Of a stretch of 64,000 nucleotides of DNA, positions 1 through 12,947 are shown in pieces (within the stretch, counting starts at the first letter, position 1; every line of letters begins with the position of its first letter). Origin of the DNA: an uncultured Planctomycetota bacterium (GTDB taxonomy: Bacteria > Planctomycetota > Planctomycetia > Gemmatales > Gemmataceae); NCBI GenBank assembly GCA_963849325.1, contig CAWKHF010000005.1, forward strand, positions 128,001-192,000. The letters are read 5' to 3'. The position numbers were made by a program, and so were the translations under genes. Below the pieces are notes generated by a model, which was given only the letters and a program-made list of their open reading frames with translations, made no database searches and was not told the DNA's origin.

Positions 1-244
1 GTTCCGGAGCCGCATAACCGATGCCGGGATGGCCGAGGTTGCCGAGGTAGGCGAGATCCTTGCGCACCTGGGCGTCGGTGACGCCGAGCGCTTCGCCCAG
101 CAAGCTGCTCGACACCTTGGTCGTGCCATCGCGGAGCAGACCCTCCAGGCGCCGCAGGTACAGGCTTAGACGTCCCACGCTCGCCCGAGAGGGTTTTGCG
201 CCACCCGCGCTCTCATTCGTGGCAGCCTCGCCTTTTTTACTCAT
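1..244 (-). CDS. rex: Redox-sensing transcriptional repressor Rex, 5' part (runs off the left edge)
   Basis: Manual translation, not in the ORF track: MSKKGEAATNESAGGAKPSRASVGRLSLYLRRLEGLLRDGTTKVSSSLLGEALGVTDAQVRKDLAYLGNLGHPGIGY. This matches the Rex winged-helix signature (RL..Y, SS..L, QVRKDL..G..G..G.GY). Confidence 0.9.
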   Translation of the reverse strand, partial: MSKKGEAATNESAGGAKPSRASVGRLSLYLRRLEGLLRDGTTKVSSSLLGEALGVTDAQVRKDLAYLGNLGHPGIGYAAPE

Positions 245-512
245 GCTCCGCGGCGATCTCGTCATCCCGACAGCGCGAGAAAATCCCCCTCAATGCTAGT
301 TGTCGAGCGGGGTAGGGTCAAGCGCGCCGCCATCGCCGTCCCAATGGGGCGGTTTGGCGAAGTTCTACGGGGAGCGCTCGAAGTCCCTCCCTAACGGATC
401 GCCACCGCTGCCGAAGGGGAGAAAAGCACCATTGTCGCGCGCGCACGCGGGCTGGTACAATCCGCCGCGAATCGCGGATCGTCCGGAATCGACCCGAGAG
501 GAGGGAACCTCA

Positions 513-1416
513 ATGGAGAAAAAGTCGCGGCTGGGCCGTGGTCTGGATGCGCTCCTGAGCGGCGGCGACGATGGCGGCGTGGCGACGGCCGGGACGCAGG
601 CGCGGGTGTCGGTCGAGGCGATCGAGCACAATCCGTATCAGCCGCGCAAGACCTTCGACGACGACGAGCTGGCGTCGCTGGGCGCCAGCATCCGCAGCCA
701 CGGCGTCTTGCAGCCGCTGGTCGTGCGCCAGGTCGGCGAACGCTATCAGCTAGTGGCCGGCGAACGGCGTCTGCGCGGCCCGCGACGTCGGACTGACCAG
801 CGTGCCCGTCACCGTCGTGGACTTCAACGATCAGCAGGTGCTCGAGGCCGCCCTCGTCGAGAACATTCAGCGCAGCGACCTCAACCCGATCGAGAAGGCG
901 CAGGGCTTCAAGGAGTACCTGACGCGCTATCACATGACGCACGAGCAGTTGGCCGCTCGACTCGGTCTCGGCCGCGCCACCATCACGAACCTGGTGGCGC
1001 TGCTGGAGCTGCCCGCCGAACTGCAGGATTCGGTTCGCGTCGGCCAGCTCAGCACCGGACACGCCAAGGTCCTCAAGGGTGTCAGCGACGCGGCGCGGCA
1101 GATCGCCCTGGGCAAAGAGATCATCGCTCGCGGTCTGTCCGTACATGCCACCGAGGCGTTCGTCAAGCAGATCGCCGCCGAGGAGAGAGCGCGAAACGAG
1201 GACGACGGCACGGCCGGACCCTCCCCGGAAACGGCAGGAGGCAAGGAGGGCGCCGCCGAGAAGACGACGCACGTCCAGAGCATCGAAAACGAGCTGCGGC
1301 AGAAATTGGGCCTGCGCGTCGAGATCCGCGTCCGGGGCAAGGACAAGGGGCAGATCGTGTTGGCCTTCGAGTCTAACGACGACTTCGAGCGATTGCTCGA
1401 AGTGCTGCGCCGGTGA
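513..1416 (+). CDS. parB: ParB/Spo0J chromosome partitioning protein (apparent frameshift near 777)
   Basis: [27 protein letters not shown] and LVAGERRLR in one frame; [20 protein letters not shown] and C-terminal dimer domain in the next frame (ORF 802-1416); GAGGAGG RBS upstream. Confidence 0.93.
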
Positions 1417-1467
1417 GCGCTGGCGGACGGGGTTGTGTTCCGCTATGCTGACAGGGACAAGACGACA

Positions 1468-1543
1468 CGGGGCGTAGCGCAGCCTGGCCTAGCGCGTCTG
1501 CTTTGGGAGCAGAAAGTCGTGGGTTCGAATCCCACCGCCCCGA
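1468..1543 (+). tRNA. tRNA-Pro(UGG), CCA not encoded
   Basis: Acceptor stem CGGGGCG/CGCCCCG, anticodon arm TCTGC-TTTGGGA-GCAGA, T arm GTGGG-TTCGAAT-CCCAC. Confidence 0.96.
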
Positions 1544-1589
1544 TTGACGAGACAGAAAGCCGCCTTGTCGTGAAAGACGGGAGGCTACG

Positions 1590-1836
1590 TTGGCACGAAA
1601 AAGCCTCTCACCGAACAGCCACGATCGGCTCGAAGAAGCGATGGCGATGCTCATTCAAAACCAGGCGGCGTTTCTTGGTCGCTTGGCGGAGATCGAGCGC
1701 ACGACTTCGGAGCGATTCGCGCGGATAGAAAGCGATATGACGGCGATACTCCGAGTCCTTTCCGAGCATAGCCGGTTGCTGGAACGTCTGCCCGAGGCTG
1801 TTCGCGACAAGAATTGGTTTCAAAGGACAACCATGA
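1590..1836 (+). CDS. Small coiled-coil hypothetical protein
   Basis: GGGAGG RBS and TTG start; helical heptad pattern. Removing one A near 1812 gives ...LPEAVRDKIGFKGQP* (stop 1834-1836); as sequenced, the ORF runs to 1919. Confidence 0.6.
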
Positions 1837-1919
1837 GCCGGAAGGTCAGCGCGCGTTCGGCTTGCAGTCGTCCAACTGCCGTCGCAACTGGGTGCCCCCG
1901 TTCAGGACGTCGGCGATAA

Positions 1920-2008
1920 GAGGCACGAACCGAATGTGGCGGCACGTTTGTAACGTGCCGTACAATCCAACACGTTGAAAACGTGTTGCCACATTTTGTT
2001 AGAGCCTC
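1920..2008. mobile_element. Putative 89-bp MITE (IS5-like ends) carrying a REP-like doublet
   Basis: Left end GAGGCACGAACCGAAT; reverse complement of right end GAGGCTCTAACAAAAT (12/16 match); TAA on both flanks (1917-19, 2009-11); internal GGCACGTTT.TAACGTGCC and AACACGTT..AAACGTGTT palindromes. Confidence 0.55.
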
Positions 2009-2056
2009 TAAAAAGTTCCCTAGCCGTTTTGTCGCCCCAATTCGCGGTTTTCCTCG

Positions 2057-2112
2057 GAGCCCGCAGCGTCAGCGAGGGGTATTTCTTCTTCCCTCGCTCA
2101 CGCTGCGCGCTC
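2057..2112. repeat. REP-like palindrome (GAGCCCGCAGCGTCAGCGAGGG family); may terminate the gene ending at 2131
   Basis: ~22-bp imperfect inverted repeat; related copies at 13081-13142 and 58708-58752. Confidence 0.7.
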
Positions 2113-2130
2113 GGAAGGATTTTTTCCTTC

Positions 2131-5100
2131 TTACGAGCTGGGCTGCTGCTGCAACAGCATGAAGAACGTTTCGACGCCGAAGATCTCCGCCTCCGGGGCC
2201 AACGATCCGGCGTACTGCGAGTTGAACGCGATGTCCGACTGTACCGCGCCGGTGGGCTGCCCGGTCACCAGGTCCAGCGCCAACATGAACCCGTCGAAGA
2301 AAATCGAGTACACGGCTTGGAGCTGGCTCGGCCCCGGACCCAGCGGTATCGGCGGCGGTGTGGGCGTCGGTGTTGGCGTCGGTGTCGGTGTCGGTGTCGG
2401 TGTGGGCGTTGGAGTGGGTGTCGGCGTGGGCGTCGGCGTCGGCGTGGGCGTCGGCGTACTGGTCGTGACGGTTAGCTGCCCGTTCGCGGTCTGGGCCAGG
2501 AAGTTGTTGCTGGGGCTGTCCGAGTACGTTTCCTGGATGGTATACGTGCCCGCGGCCACGTTCGCTTGCAGGATCAACGTCGCGGAAGCCAGGCCGCTGT
2601 TCACGTTGGCCGTCACCGGGCCGCCCAACACGTTGCTGTTTTGGTCGAGCACGGTGAACGTCACGGTGCCCTCGTTGACCGTTCCCTGGCTGGAGGAGAC
2701 CGTCGCACTGACCGACACGCTCTGGGATGTCGTGCTGGTGGGGACCGGAGTGACGGGGTTGGGCGTGAGGGTGACCGCGCTGGCGCTGATGCTCAGGGTC
2801 CCGACGGCGGTCTGGTCCTGCACGCTCTTGGTGGTGGTGTCGGTGAACTTCTCCAGAATGCTATACGTCCCCAGCGGCTGGCCGGCCGGGACGGTCAGGG
2901 TGCCGGTCGCCGTGCCGTTGGACACGTTGATCGGTCCGGTGCTGGCCAACGTGTTGTTGTTGCTATCGACCAGGGTGAAGGTCACGCCGCCCTCGTTGAC
3001 GGCCTGGCCGTTGGAGTTGGTGACCTTGGCCGTGACATTCACGGTCTGGGACGACAGGCTAAAGGGAACGGCGGCGTTGCCGGCCACGATGGTGTCGGTC
3101 CCCTGGTTGACGCTCAGTGTGCCGTAGGAACGTCACATTCTGGAAGTCGCCGCTGGCATCCTTGTAGGCTTCCTGGATGGTGTAGGCGCCGGGAGCCAGC
3201 CCGGCCGGCACCGTGTAGGTGGCGCTGGCTGCGCCGTTGGCGACCGTCGAACTGGTGACGGCCTGACCGATCGGGTTGCCACTGCTGTCCACCACGGTGA
3301 AGGTGACGTTGCCCTCGTTGATGGTGCCGGCGGGGCTGCTGAGGGTGATGTTGATCGGCACCGTCTGCGCGGACGTGCTATAGGGGACGGCGGCATTTTC
3401 GGGCGGCATGGTGACGAGGCCGCCGAGGACCGTCACCGGCGTCAGGGCCGTGGCGATGGTGACGTTGCTGGGAGGACCACCCACGCCGCCGAGTCCGCCG
3501 ATGTTGTAGATGGCCTCGACGTTATAGCTGCCCGGCGGCAGGTCGTTGATCGTGGTCGGCAGGGGAATCGAGCCGGTCGCCAAGCCGCCGGACGTGATGG
3601 GGACCGTCACCAACGTGTTGGCGATCGGATTGTGCAACGCGCTGTTATCGGTCAGCAGGAACGACACCGAACGAACCGTATTGGGATCGCCGGCGAGCTG
3701 GGAGGCGACCGTGGTGCTGTCGTCGGGGTTGGTAATGACCACCGAGACCGGCTCCGTCAGCGTCGTGCCGACGACAATGGTGGGCAGCGTCGCGGGCGCG
3801 AAGGCGAACGCATAGCCGCCGGCCACCGGCTGGAGCTGGTAGGCGCCGAGGTCGTCGTTGACGGCGGGGTTGCCGCTGCCCGTGGGCCGGGGCACGCCGC
3901 GCTGGTCCTGGCTGGTGGCGTTGCTGCCCTTGCCGATGATGTAGGTGGCGTCGGTGGTGTTGGTGTTCGTCGTGGGGATGGTGTAAGTGGGGCCGCCGTA
4001 GTTGCCCGGAGCCGTGAGGTCAAAGGGGTCGCCGTTGGTCACGCCCACGTAGTCGGTGGCGGCGCCGGTGGTGATGGTGCCGGCCAGGTCGGCCGAGGTG
4101 AAGGCGTTGTTTTGCGAAATGATGGAGTCGGTCACGGTGTTGCTGCCGCCGACCAGAAAGACGCCACCGCCGGTGGTGGTCCCGTTCGCGCCAGGGAGAC
4201 CGGATTGAGCTTTGCTGCCACCGCCGGGACGGCCGCCGATTCCGCCGATTCCGCCTACGGTGTTGTTGCCGGCGACCGTGAGGTTGAGGAAGGTGTTGGT
4301 GCCGCTGACGACGTTGATGCCTCCGGCCGTACCGTTGCCGCCGTTGCCGCCGTTGCCGCCGTTGCCGTTGCCCGCGCCGGTGGATTCCGGATTGGGAAAA
4401 GTCGGGGACCAGCCGCCACCGCCGGTGGCGGTGTTCTGGGCCACCGTGGTGCTGCTGACGGTCAGGGAGGCGTCGTTGGCGACGTAGAAGCCGCCGGCGG
4501 TGGCGTTGCCGCCGTTGCCGTTGCGGCCGCCGTCGGCGTTTTTGCCCCGGGCGTTGCTGCCCCAGCCACCCAGGCCGCCGCGCGCCTGATTGCCGAAGTT
4601 GAGGGGGTCGGGGCCGATCTCGCTGGCGCGCAAGGTCATGGTGCCCGAGCCGGTCAGGAAGACGCCGCCGCCCTGGCCGTCGCCGCCGTTGCCGCCGGCG
4701 CCGACAAGGCCCGTGGTGGCGCCCGGGCCCGCGTCGCCGCCGGCGCCGCCCTGAGCGACGTTGCCGGAGACGGACACGGCGACGAGGTTCACCGTGCCGC
4801 CGTTCAACCAAATGCCGCCGCCCTCGGCCTTGCCGCCGGGGGCGCCGTTGACGTTGACGGAGGTGAAGCCGTTGCCGCCCTCGCCGCCGGTGGCCGTATT
4901 GCCCGTGACCTCCAGCAGAGGGGTATTGAGCGTATCGACGTTAAAGTTGGGGGACAGGGCCGAGCCGGGTACGGCCGGCACGAGCGGCGATTTGGGAGCG
5001 ACATTGGTGTAGACGCTGGAGCCGAACGAGGCCAGTCCGCCGCCTTCGCCGATGCCGCCGCCCGTGGACGTGAGGCCCGGTTTTTTTTTGGCATTGAAGC

Positions 5101-5770
5101 CCAGCCCGCCCGTCGCGCTGTTGTTCTCCAGCGTTACATTGTCCAAGGTGAGCGTGCCGTTGAAAGTGAAAATCCCACCGCCGGCCGCGTTGCCGCCGTT
5201 CTGGAGGGCGCCTTTGGCCGTCGGCGTGCCATTGACGCCGGTGGCGTTGTTGTTCTCGAAAAGGTCGTTGCTGAGCGTCACGTTGCCATCGTCGTTGAGC
5301 AGGCCGCCGCCCAGGGCCGAAAAGCCGGCCAGCCCCAGCCCGCCTTCGTCGCCCGCCTTGCCGCCGCGGATGTTGAGGTTCTCCAGCACCACGTTGCTGC
5401 CGGGACCCACCTGAAAGATCCGCGACAGGCCCGTCTCGTTAATGGTCGTGCCCGGTCCGCCGCTGGCCGACAACTGACCCTGGATGATGATGGTATCCGT
5501 GGGGTTATCGATGACCAGCGGAGCTGAGGACGTTGTCAGCGTGATGACATTATTGGTTGCGAACGTGATCGTGAATGTGCCGCTGCTGTCGGCATTGGCC
5601 TGCTGGATCGCGGCGCACAGCGTGCCGGCACCCGAGTCGGCCGTACTGTTGACCGTGGCGCTGTTGCCCGAGGGCGTGATACGATCTTCCAGCACCTCCA
5701 GCAGAGGACGAAAGTAACGGGTTTTCCAGGGATTGTACGACTGAGGACGGCGCCGAGATAAGGGAAGCAT
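2131..5770 (-). CDS. Large exported Gly-rich protein: planctomycete leader, beta-helix-like GG repeats, DQRG...DLGAY domain, ~4 Ig-like repeats, short (PT)n and a diverged copy of the array C-terminal domain (frameshift near 3125)
   Basis: ORFs 3059-5770 and 2131-3087 join. Motifs: RPLLEVLEDRITPS, ADSGAGTL..AI..AN, repeated NEG.VTFT...G.YTI...Y units, ~17 PT units, then IFFDGF.L...QSDI.FN...AG...EIFG. Confidence 0.85.
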
Positions 5771-5954
5771 GACTAACCCTCAAGAGAGTTCAATCAGGAA
5801 GTGAACCTATTATTACCTGAGTTGCCCCATTAGTCGAGACCTCTTAACCGATTCTTTCCCTAGAATTGTGCTGTTCAGCTCGTGTTTCCCAGTCATCACA
5901 TCCGCTCCGAATGATAGTGAACGGATCGACACTTCTGCTACTCCGTTCCTCACT

Positions 5955-6110
5955 CCGCCATCGTCAGGACGCGAAGAACGCCCGGAAAAGACGCGAGAAT
6001 GGTTCCGAGAGACGGATTCAAAGTGTGATACGTGCGATCGCGCTGGTGTTTCCTTTTATTTACTCTTTTCTTCTCTTGCTCTTTTCTTGGCGTGTTGGCG
6101 GTTTGGACGG
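5955..6110. repeat. Degenerate long palindromic repeat (GACGCGAAGAACGCC...GGCGTGTTGGCGG type)
   Basis: Purine-rich left arm and pyrimidine-rich right arm with partial complementarity, in the intergenic space. Confidence 0.4.
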
Positions 6111-6117
6111 GCGAAGA

Positions 6118-6145
6118 GGCCCGCGGGCGAAATCGCCCGCGGGCC
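6118..6145 (-). promoter_or_regulatory. Array 3' hairpin element, copy A
   Basis: GGCCCGCGGGCGA-AA-TCGCCCGCGGGCC, 28 nt past the stop at 6174. Confidence 0.75.
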
Positions 6146-6173
6146 GAGAGTGACCGTAAAGGGTCGAGAGCAA

Positions 6174-9100
6174 TTAGTGGTTGTTGTTGCCCCCTCCACT
6201 GGAACTGCCGCCGTTGGAACTGCTGCTAGTGGAATGGTTGAGGATGTTGAGGGCCAGTTCGACGCCGAGCAGTTCGAAGAACTGCCCGAACGGTCCGGCG
6301 GCCTGCAGGTTGACGGCGATGTCGGCTTGCACCAGCGAGCCTGCCGCCGAGTTTCCGGTCAGGATGTCGAACACAACGTCAAAGCCGTCGAAGATCAGCT
6401 GCAACTCCGGATTGGCAGCTGGCATGGGCGTCGGCGTCGGCGTCGGCGTGGGAGTGGGAGTGGGCGTCGGGGTCGGAGTGGGCGTCGGCGTCGGAGTGGG
6501 TGTCGGGGTGGGCGTCGGCGTCGGAGTGGGTGTCGGGGTGGGCGTCGGCGTCGGAGTGGGCGTCGGCGTGGGAGTCGGAGTGGGCGTCGGCGTGGGCGTC
6601 GGGGTTGGGGTCGGCGTCGGAGTGGGCGTCGGCGTGGGAGTCGGAGTGGGCGTCGGCGTGGGCGTCGGGGTTGGGGTCGGCGTCGGAGTGGGCGTCGGCG
6701 TGGGAGTCGGAGTGGGCGTCGGCGTGGGCGTCGGGGTTGGGGTCGGCGTCGGAGTGGGCGTCGGCGTCGGCGTCGGTGTTGGGGTCGGAGTTGGGGTCGG
6801 CGTCGGCGTCGGAGTGGGCGTCGGCGTCGGCGTCGGTGTCGGAGTCGGTGTCGGTGTCGGAGTGGGCGTGGGACTGAATTCGGTGGCGCCGATGTCGATG
6901 ATGGCACCCTTGCCGCCGTTGATGACACGCGGGAAGCCCGTGCCACGCTGATCGAACGGACCCGTCAATGCCGTCGCCGCGTTGTCACCCGCATCGATGC
7001 CCGGACTGCCCGACTGCAACAGGATGGTCTGCGTCAGACCACCGTTGTTGCCCAGCGTGCCAATGCCCGCGGCCACGTTGGTGATGTCGCCGTGCGCCGA
7101 GCTGAAGCCGAAGCTGCCGGCGGAGTTGCCGATCAGGTTGTGGTCGCTGCTGTTGACCGAACCGAAGTAATCCGGCGACGAGGCGGCGTTGTTGAGCGCC
7201 ACCAGCGTGTTGGTGAGGATGACGTTGGCATTGGCGTTGTTGAAGACGCCGCCGCCCTGGCCGACGACGGCGCCGCCCGCCGTGCCCGGCGTGCCCGGCT
7301 TGCCGCCCACGCCCGGAGGCGCGCCGGCATCGCCGCCGTTGCCGCCGAAGCCCTGCAACGCCGAGTTGTAAGCGACGGTGACGTTGGTCAGCGTGACGCC
7401 GCCGGTGCCGGGTGTTACCAGCACGAAGACGCCGCCGCCCTTGACGGCACCGCTGTTGCCGCCGGCGCCGCCGCTGCCGGCCGTGCCTTCCGTGGCCGAG
7501 CCACCCGTGCCGCCATTGCCGCCGTTGCCCGCCGTGGCGGTGTTGTTGGACATGGTCGAGTTGGTCAGTTGCGTCTGACCCGAGCCGAACAGGTACGCAC
7601 CGGCACCCTCGGCGATGCCGCCGGCGCCGCCGGTACCGCCGGCGCCGCCGACACCACCGTTGCCGCCGTTGCCGCCGTTGCCACCGACGCCGCCGGTGAC
7701 GGAGTTACCCGACAACGTCGAGTCGAAGATCTTGCTGGGCTGGCCGGTGCCGCTGTTGGTGACGTAGACGCCGCCGCCGTAGGCCGAGCCGCCGATGCCG
7801 CCGCCGCCCGCGCCGCTGCCCAGACCGAACCCGATCGAGGCACCCGCGCCGCCGTTGCCGCCGGCGCCGGCGGTGCTGAGGTTGCCCGTGACGGACGTGT
7901 TGGTGATGCTCAACTGCAACGTGGTCCCGGCCGCCCCGAAGAAGTCCACGCCGCCGCCGAACGTGCTGCCGCCGAAGCCGCCCTTGCCGCCCAGAGCGCC
8001 GGCCGAGTTGCTGGCGCCGCCGGTGCCGCCGGCGCCGCCGACATCGATGTTACCCGTGACGGTAGACTGATCGACGGACACCTTGAGGGTGCTGGCGCCG
8101 ACACTAAAGCCGCCGATGCCGCCGCCGCCGCCCGAGGCGCCCGAGCCGCCGACGCCGCCGCCGCTGGTCGCACCGCCGCCGGTCCCACCAGCGCCACCGT
8201 TACCGCCGGCGCCGCCGGTGACCGTGTTGGTTTGCACGGTCGTGCCCGCATTGACCGCCACGTTGAGAGTGGCGCCGCCCGTGGCCAACGCTTCGATGCC
8301 GCCACCGAAGCCAAAGCCACCCGTGCCGCCGACGCCGCCGCCGGAGCCGGCGCCGCTGAGTCCATTGCCTCCCGCTCCACCAGCCCCGCCCGTCACCGTG
8401 TTGCTCGACACCGTGCTAGCATTGCCCGTCGAGGTGGACTTGCCCACCGTCACGCTGCCGCCGCCGCTGAGGAACACGCCGCCGCCCTGCGCCGTACCGC
8501 CCGTGCCGCCGCCGCCGCCCTTGGCGCCGGCCGCCGTGGCCGCGAAGCCCTGGCCGCCCAGGCCGCCCTGGGCCGAGTTGCCCGTCACCGTCACGCCGGT
8601 CAGGCTCAACTGCATGGTGGCGCCGCTGACGTACAAGCCGCCGCCCTGCGCCCACCGCCGATCTGGCCGGCGATGCTGGTCTTGTTGCCGTTGGCTCCGC
8701 TGCCGCCGATCGCCTTGTTACCCGTGATCGAGCTGGCGTCCAGCGTTATCGAGTTGGAGGCCGCGGTGATGAGGACGCCGCCGCCCTCGCCGAAGCCGGC
8801 CGCCGCCCCGCCCGCGACGCCGTTGCCGCCCAGCGCCTGGTTGTTGCTGATGACCGTGCCGTTGACAACGGTCAACTGACCGCCGGAGACGAAGACGCCG
8901 CCGCCCTCGCCGTCCTTGCCGGCGTTGCCGACCGCCTTGTTGTTCTGCACGACGGCGTTGCTCAGCGTCACGTTGCCGCCCAGGTCGAGGATGGCACCGC
9001 CCCGCGCCTCCGTGTTCGTGGTCACGCCGTTGTCGTGGGCCGTGCCGTGCTGGAGGGTCAACGACTGGAAGGTCACGTTGGTCGGGCCGGTCAGCAGGAA

Positions 9101-9442
9101 GGCGCGGTTGTTGGCGCCGGCGGCGTCGAGGACAACGTCGCCGGCCTTGCCGGTGGCGCCCTGGATGACCAGCGTGTGCGGCGTCGTCACCGTCAACTGG
9201 CTGGACAGGTTGTAGGTGCCCGCCGACAGGACGATGGTGTTGGTCGCGTCGGAGGCCGGAGCGTTGACGGCGTTGATGGCCTGCTGGAGTTGCGTGGCGT
9301 TGCTGACGTCGAAGACCGCTGGCGCCAGACGCTCTTCCAGCGATTCCAGTCGCGGCAAGACCGTGCGTCGTGCCGGGGACCGCTGCACGCGGCCCTTCTG
9401 GCCCGGACTCGTGAACTTGCGGAGCCATTTGTTGCGAAGCAT
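6174..9442 (-). CDS. Gly-rich exported array protein 8: leader, beta-helix/GGx repeats, choice-of-anchor-Q-like DQRG domain, ~74 PT units, conserved C-terminal domain (frameshift near 8650)
   Basis: ORFs 8606-9442 and 6174-8636 are collinear with the intact paralogs; [23 protein letters not shown] leader. Confidence 0.9.
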
Positions 9443-9480
9443 AAGACACCTCCAGGATCAGGGGAATATGGGACAACACG

Positions 9481-9537
9481 TTACTGCGTCGAGATGGCCC
9501 GCGGGCGGGTTCGCCCGCGGGCCGAGGGTTACAGTAA
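9481..9537 (-). promoter_or_regulatory. Array 3' hairpin element, copy B
   Basis: 12-bp stem at 9496-9523 (loop GGTT) inside an outer TTACTG/CAGTAA pair; 28 nt from the stop at 9552. Confidence 0.75.
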
Positions 9538-9551
9538 GGGGCCGAGAGCAT

Positions 9552-12500
9552 TTAGTGGCTGTGGCCGTTGCTGGTGCTGCTACTGCTGCTGGTGCTGCTG
9601 GTGCTGCCGGTGCTGCTGGTGTTGTGGCTGAAGAGGTTGAGGGCCAACTGGATACCGAACAGCTCGAAGAACGGTCCGAACGGTCCAGCCGCCGCCAGGT
9701 TGACAGCGATGTCGCCCTGAATGGCGATTACCGCAGCCTGGTTGCCGATCAGGAAGTTGAACGCCAAGCTGAAGCCGTCGATGACCAACTGCAACGCTGG
9801 ATTGGCCGCCGCTGTCGGAGTGGGCGTCGGCGTCGGTGTCGGAGTGGGCGTCGGCGTCGGTGTCGGAGTGGGTGTCGGCGTCGGAGTTGGAGTGGGCGTC
9901 GGCGTCGGCGTCGGCGTCGGAGTTGGAGTGGGCGTCGGTGTCGGAGTGGGCGTCGGCGTCGGAGTTGGAGTGGGCGTCGGAGTGGGAGTGGGCGTCGGCG
10001 TCGGCGTCGGAGTTGGAGTGGGCGTCGGTGTCGGAGTGGGTGTCGGTGTCGGTGTCGGAGTGGGCGTCGGAGTTGGGGTTGGAGTGGGCGTCGGCGTCGG
10101 CGTCGGCGTCGGAGTTGGAGTGGGCGTCGGTGTCGGAGTGGGCGTCGGCGTTGGAGTGGGCGTCGGTGTCGGAGTGGGCGTCGGCGTCGGAGTGGGCGTC
10201 GGAGTGGGCGTCGGAGTGGGCGTCGGTGTGGGCGTCGGCGTCGGCGTTGGAGTGGGCGTCGGCGTTGGAGTGGGCGTCGGTGTCGGAGTGGGCGTCGGAG
10301 TGGGCGTCGGAGTGGGCGTGGAGCTGAACTCGGTGGCGCCGATGTCGATGATGGCACCCTTGCCGCCATTGAGGACACGCGGGAAGCCGGTGCCACGCTG
10401 ATCGAACGGACCCGTCAATGCCGTCGCCGCATTGTCCCCGGCGTCGATGGCCGGACTGCCGGCCAGCAGCAGGATCGTCTGCGTCAGACCGCCGTTGGCC
10501 GCCAGCGTGCCGATCAGCGGAGCGACGTTGAGGATGTCGCCGTGGGCCGAGCTGAAGCCGAAGCTGCCGCTGGCGTTGCCGATCAGGTTGTGGTCGCTGC
10601 TGTTGACCGAACCGAAGTAATCGGGAGCCAAGGCGGCGTTGTTGAGCGCCACCAAGGTGTTGGTCAGGATGGTATTGGCGTTGGCGTGGTTGTAGACGCC
10701 GCCGCCCGAACCGGCCACGGCGCCGCCGGCGGTGCCCGGCGTGCCGGGGAAGCCACCGACGCCCGGAGGCGCACCGGCGCCGCCGCCGCTGCCGCCGAAA
10801 CCCTGCACCGCGGAGTTGTAGGCGACGGTGACGTTGGTCAGCGTGATGCCGCCGGTGGCGGGCGTGGCCGAGACGTAGACGCCGCCGCCGATGACGATGC
10901 CGCTGTTGCCGCCGTTGCCGCCGTTGCCGGCGGTGCCGGTGCTCGCCGCTCCGCCGGTGCCACCGCTGCCGCCGTTGCCGGCGGTGGAGGTGTTGTTGGC
11001 CACCGTCGAGTTGGTCAGCTGCGTCTGACCGGAGCCGAACGAGAAGACGCCGCCGCCATCGCCGGCGCCGCCGGTGCCGCCATTGCCGCCGTTGCCGCCG
11101 TTGCCGCCGTTGCCGCCGTTGCCCCCAGCGCCGCCGGCGCCGCCGGTGGCGGAGTTGCCCGACACCGTCGAGTCGAAGAGCTTGCTGGCGGCGCCGGTGC
11201 CACTGTTGCTGAGACCGAGGCCGCCTCCCACGGCCACGCCGCCGGTGCCGCCGGCGCCGGCATTGCCGCCGGTGACGACCCCGACCGAAGCGCCGCGCCG
11301 CCGTTGCCGCCGGCGCCGGCCGTGATGCTGTTGCCGCTGACGGTGGTGCTGGTGATGCTGAACTGCGAGGTGGTGCCGGCGATGCCGAAAAAGGCTATGC
11401 CGCCGGAGATGGCGGTGCCGCCGGTGCCGCCCAGACCACCGAGGGCGCCCACCGAGTTGCTGGCGCCGCCGGTGCCGCCGGCGCCGGCCGTGACGCTGTT
11501 GCCGCTGACGGTGGACTGATCGACGCTCAACTGGATGGTGCCGGTCGGGTTGACACTCTCGGCCCGGATGCCGCCCGATTCGGCCCCACCGCCCTTGCCG
11601 CCGACGCCGCCCACGGAGCTGGTAGTGCCGGCGCTGCCGCCGGCGCCGCCGGCGCCGCCGACGCCGCCGGTGACGGTGTTGCCCTGCACGGTCGTCCCCG
11701 CGCCGACCGCCAGTTTCAGGGTCCCTCCCGTCGCCAGACCCTCGATACCGCCGCCGAAGGCGACGCCGCCGACGCCGCCCTTGCCGCCGGCCGAGCCGGC
11801 GCCGCTCATTCCGTTGCCTCCCGCTCCGCCGGCCCCGCCGACGACGAAGTTGCCCGACACGGTGGTTCCGTTGCCGGTCGAGCCAGACTTGCCGACGGTC
11901 ACGTTTCCGGTCCCGCTGATGAAGACGCCACCGCCCTGGGCCGTGTTGCCGGTGCCGCCGCCGGCGCCGCCGGCCTTGCCGGCCGCCGTGGCCGCGAAGC
12001 CCTGTCCGGCCTGTCCGCCCTGGACCGTGTTGCCCGTCAGCGTCACGCCGGTCAGGCCCAACACGATGTTGGTGCCGCTGACCCACATACCGCCGCCGTC
12101 GGCGAAGCCGCCGGGCTGGCCGGCGATGCTCGTCTTGGTACCGTTGGCGCCGCTGCCGCCGACCGCCTTGTTGCCGGTGATCGAGCTGGCGTCCAGCGAC
12201 ACCGGATTGGTGGTGCCCGAGACGTACGCGCCGCCGCCCTCGGCGAAGCCGGCTTGCACGCTGCCCGTGATGCCGTTACCGCCCAGCGCCTGGTTGCCGC
12301 TGATGACCGCGCCGTTGAGCACGGTCAACTGTCCGCCGGAGACGAACACGCCGCCACCCTTGGCCGCCAGGCCGGCGTTGGCGACGGCTTTGTTGTTCTG
12401 CACGACGGCATTGCTCAGCGTCACGTTGCCGCCCATGTCCAGGATGGCGCCGCCCTCGGCCGTCGTGTTGATGGCCACGCCGTTGTCGTGGGCCGTGCCA

Positions 12501-12892
12501 TGCTGGATGGTCAAGGACTGGAACGTCACGTTGGTGCCCGGATCGAGCAGGAAGGCGCGGTTGTTGGCACCGGCGGCGTCGAGGACAACGTCGCCGGCCT
12601 TGCCGGTGGCGCCCTGGATGACCAGCGTGTGCGGCGTCGTCACCGTCAACTGGTTGGACAGGTTGTAGGTGCCCGCCGACAGGACGATGGTGTTGGTCGC
12701 GTCGGAGGCCGGAGCGTTGACGGCGTTGATGGCCTGCTGGAGTTGGGTGGCGTTGCTGACGTCGAAGACCGCTGGCGCCAGACGCTCTTCCAGCGATTCC
12801 AGTCGCGGCAAGACCGTGCGTCGTGCCGAGGACCGCTGGGGACGGCCCTTACTCCGTCCCGCGAACTTGCGAAGCCATTCGTTGTGAAACAT
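9552..12892 (-). CDS. Gly-rich exported array protein 7 (~84 PT units; frameshift near 11295)
   Basis: Start [10 protein letters not shown] after TGGAGGAG; ORFs 11015-13084 and 9552-12086 join into a full paralog. Confidence 0.9.
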
Positions 12893-12947
12893 GAGACTCC
12901 TCCACCACTGAGAGAATCGGGATGGAAACACAGTGCTGCACCGAGGT

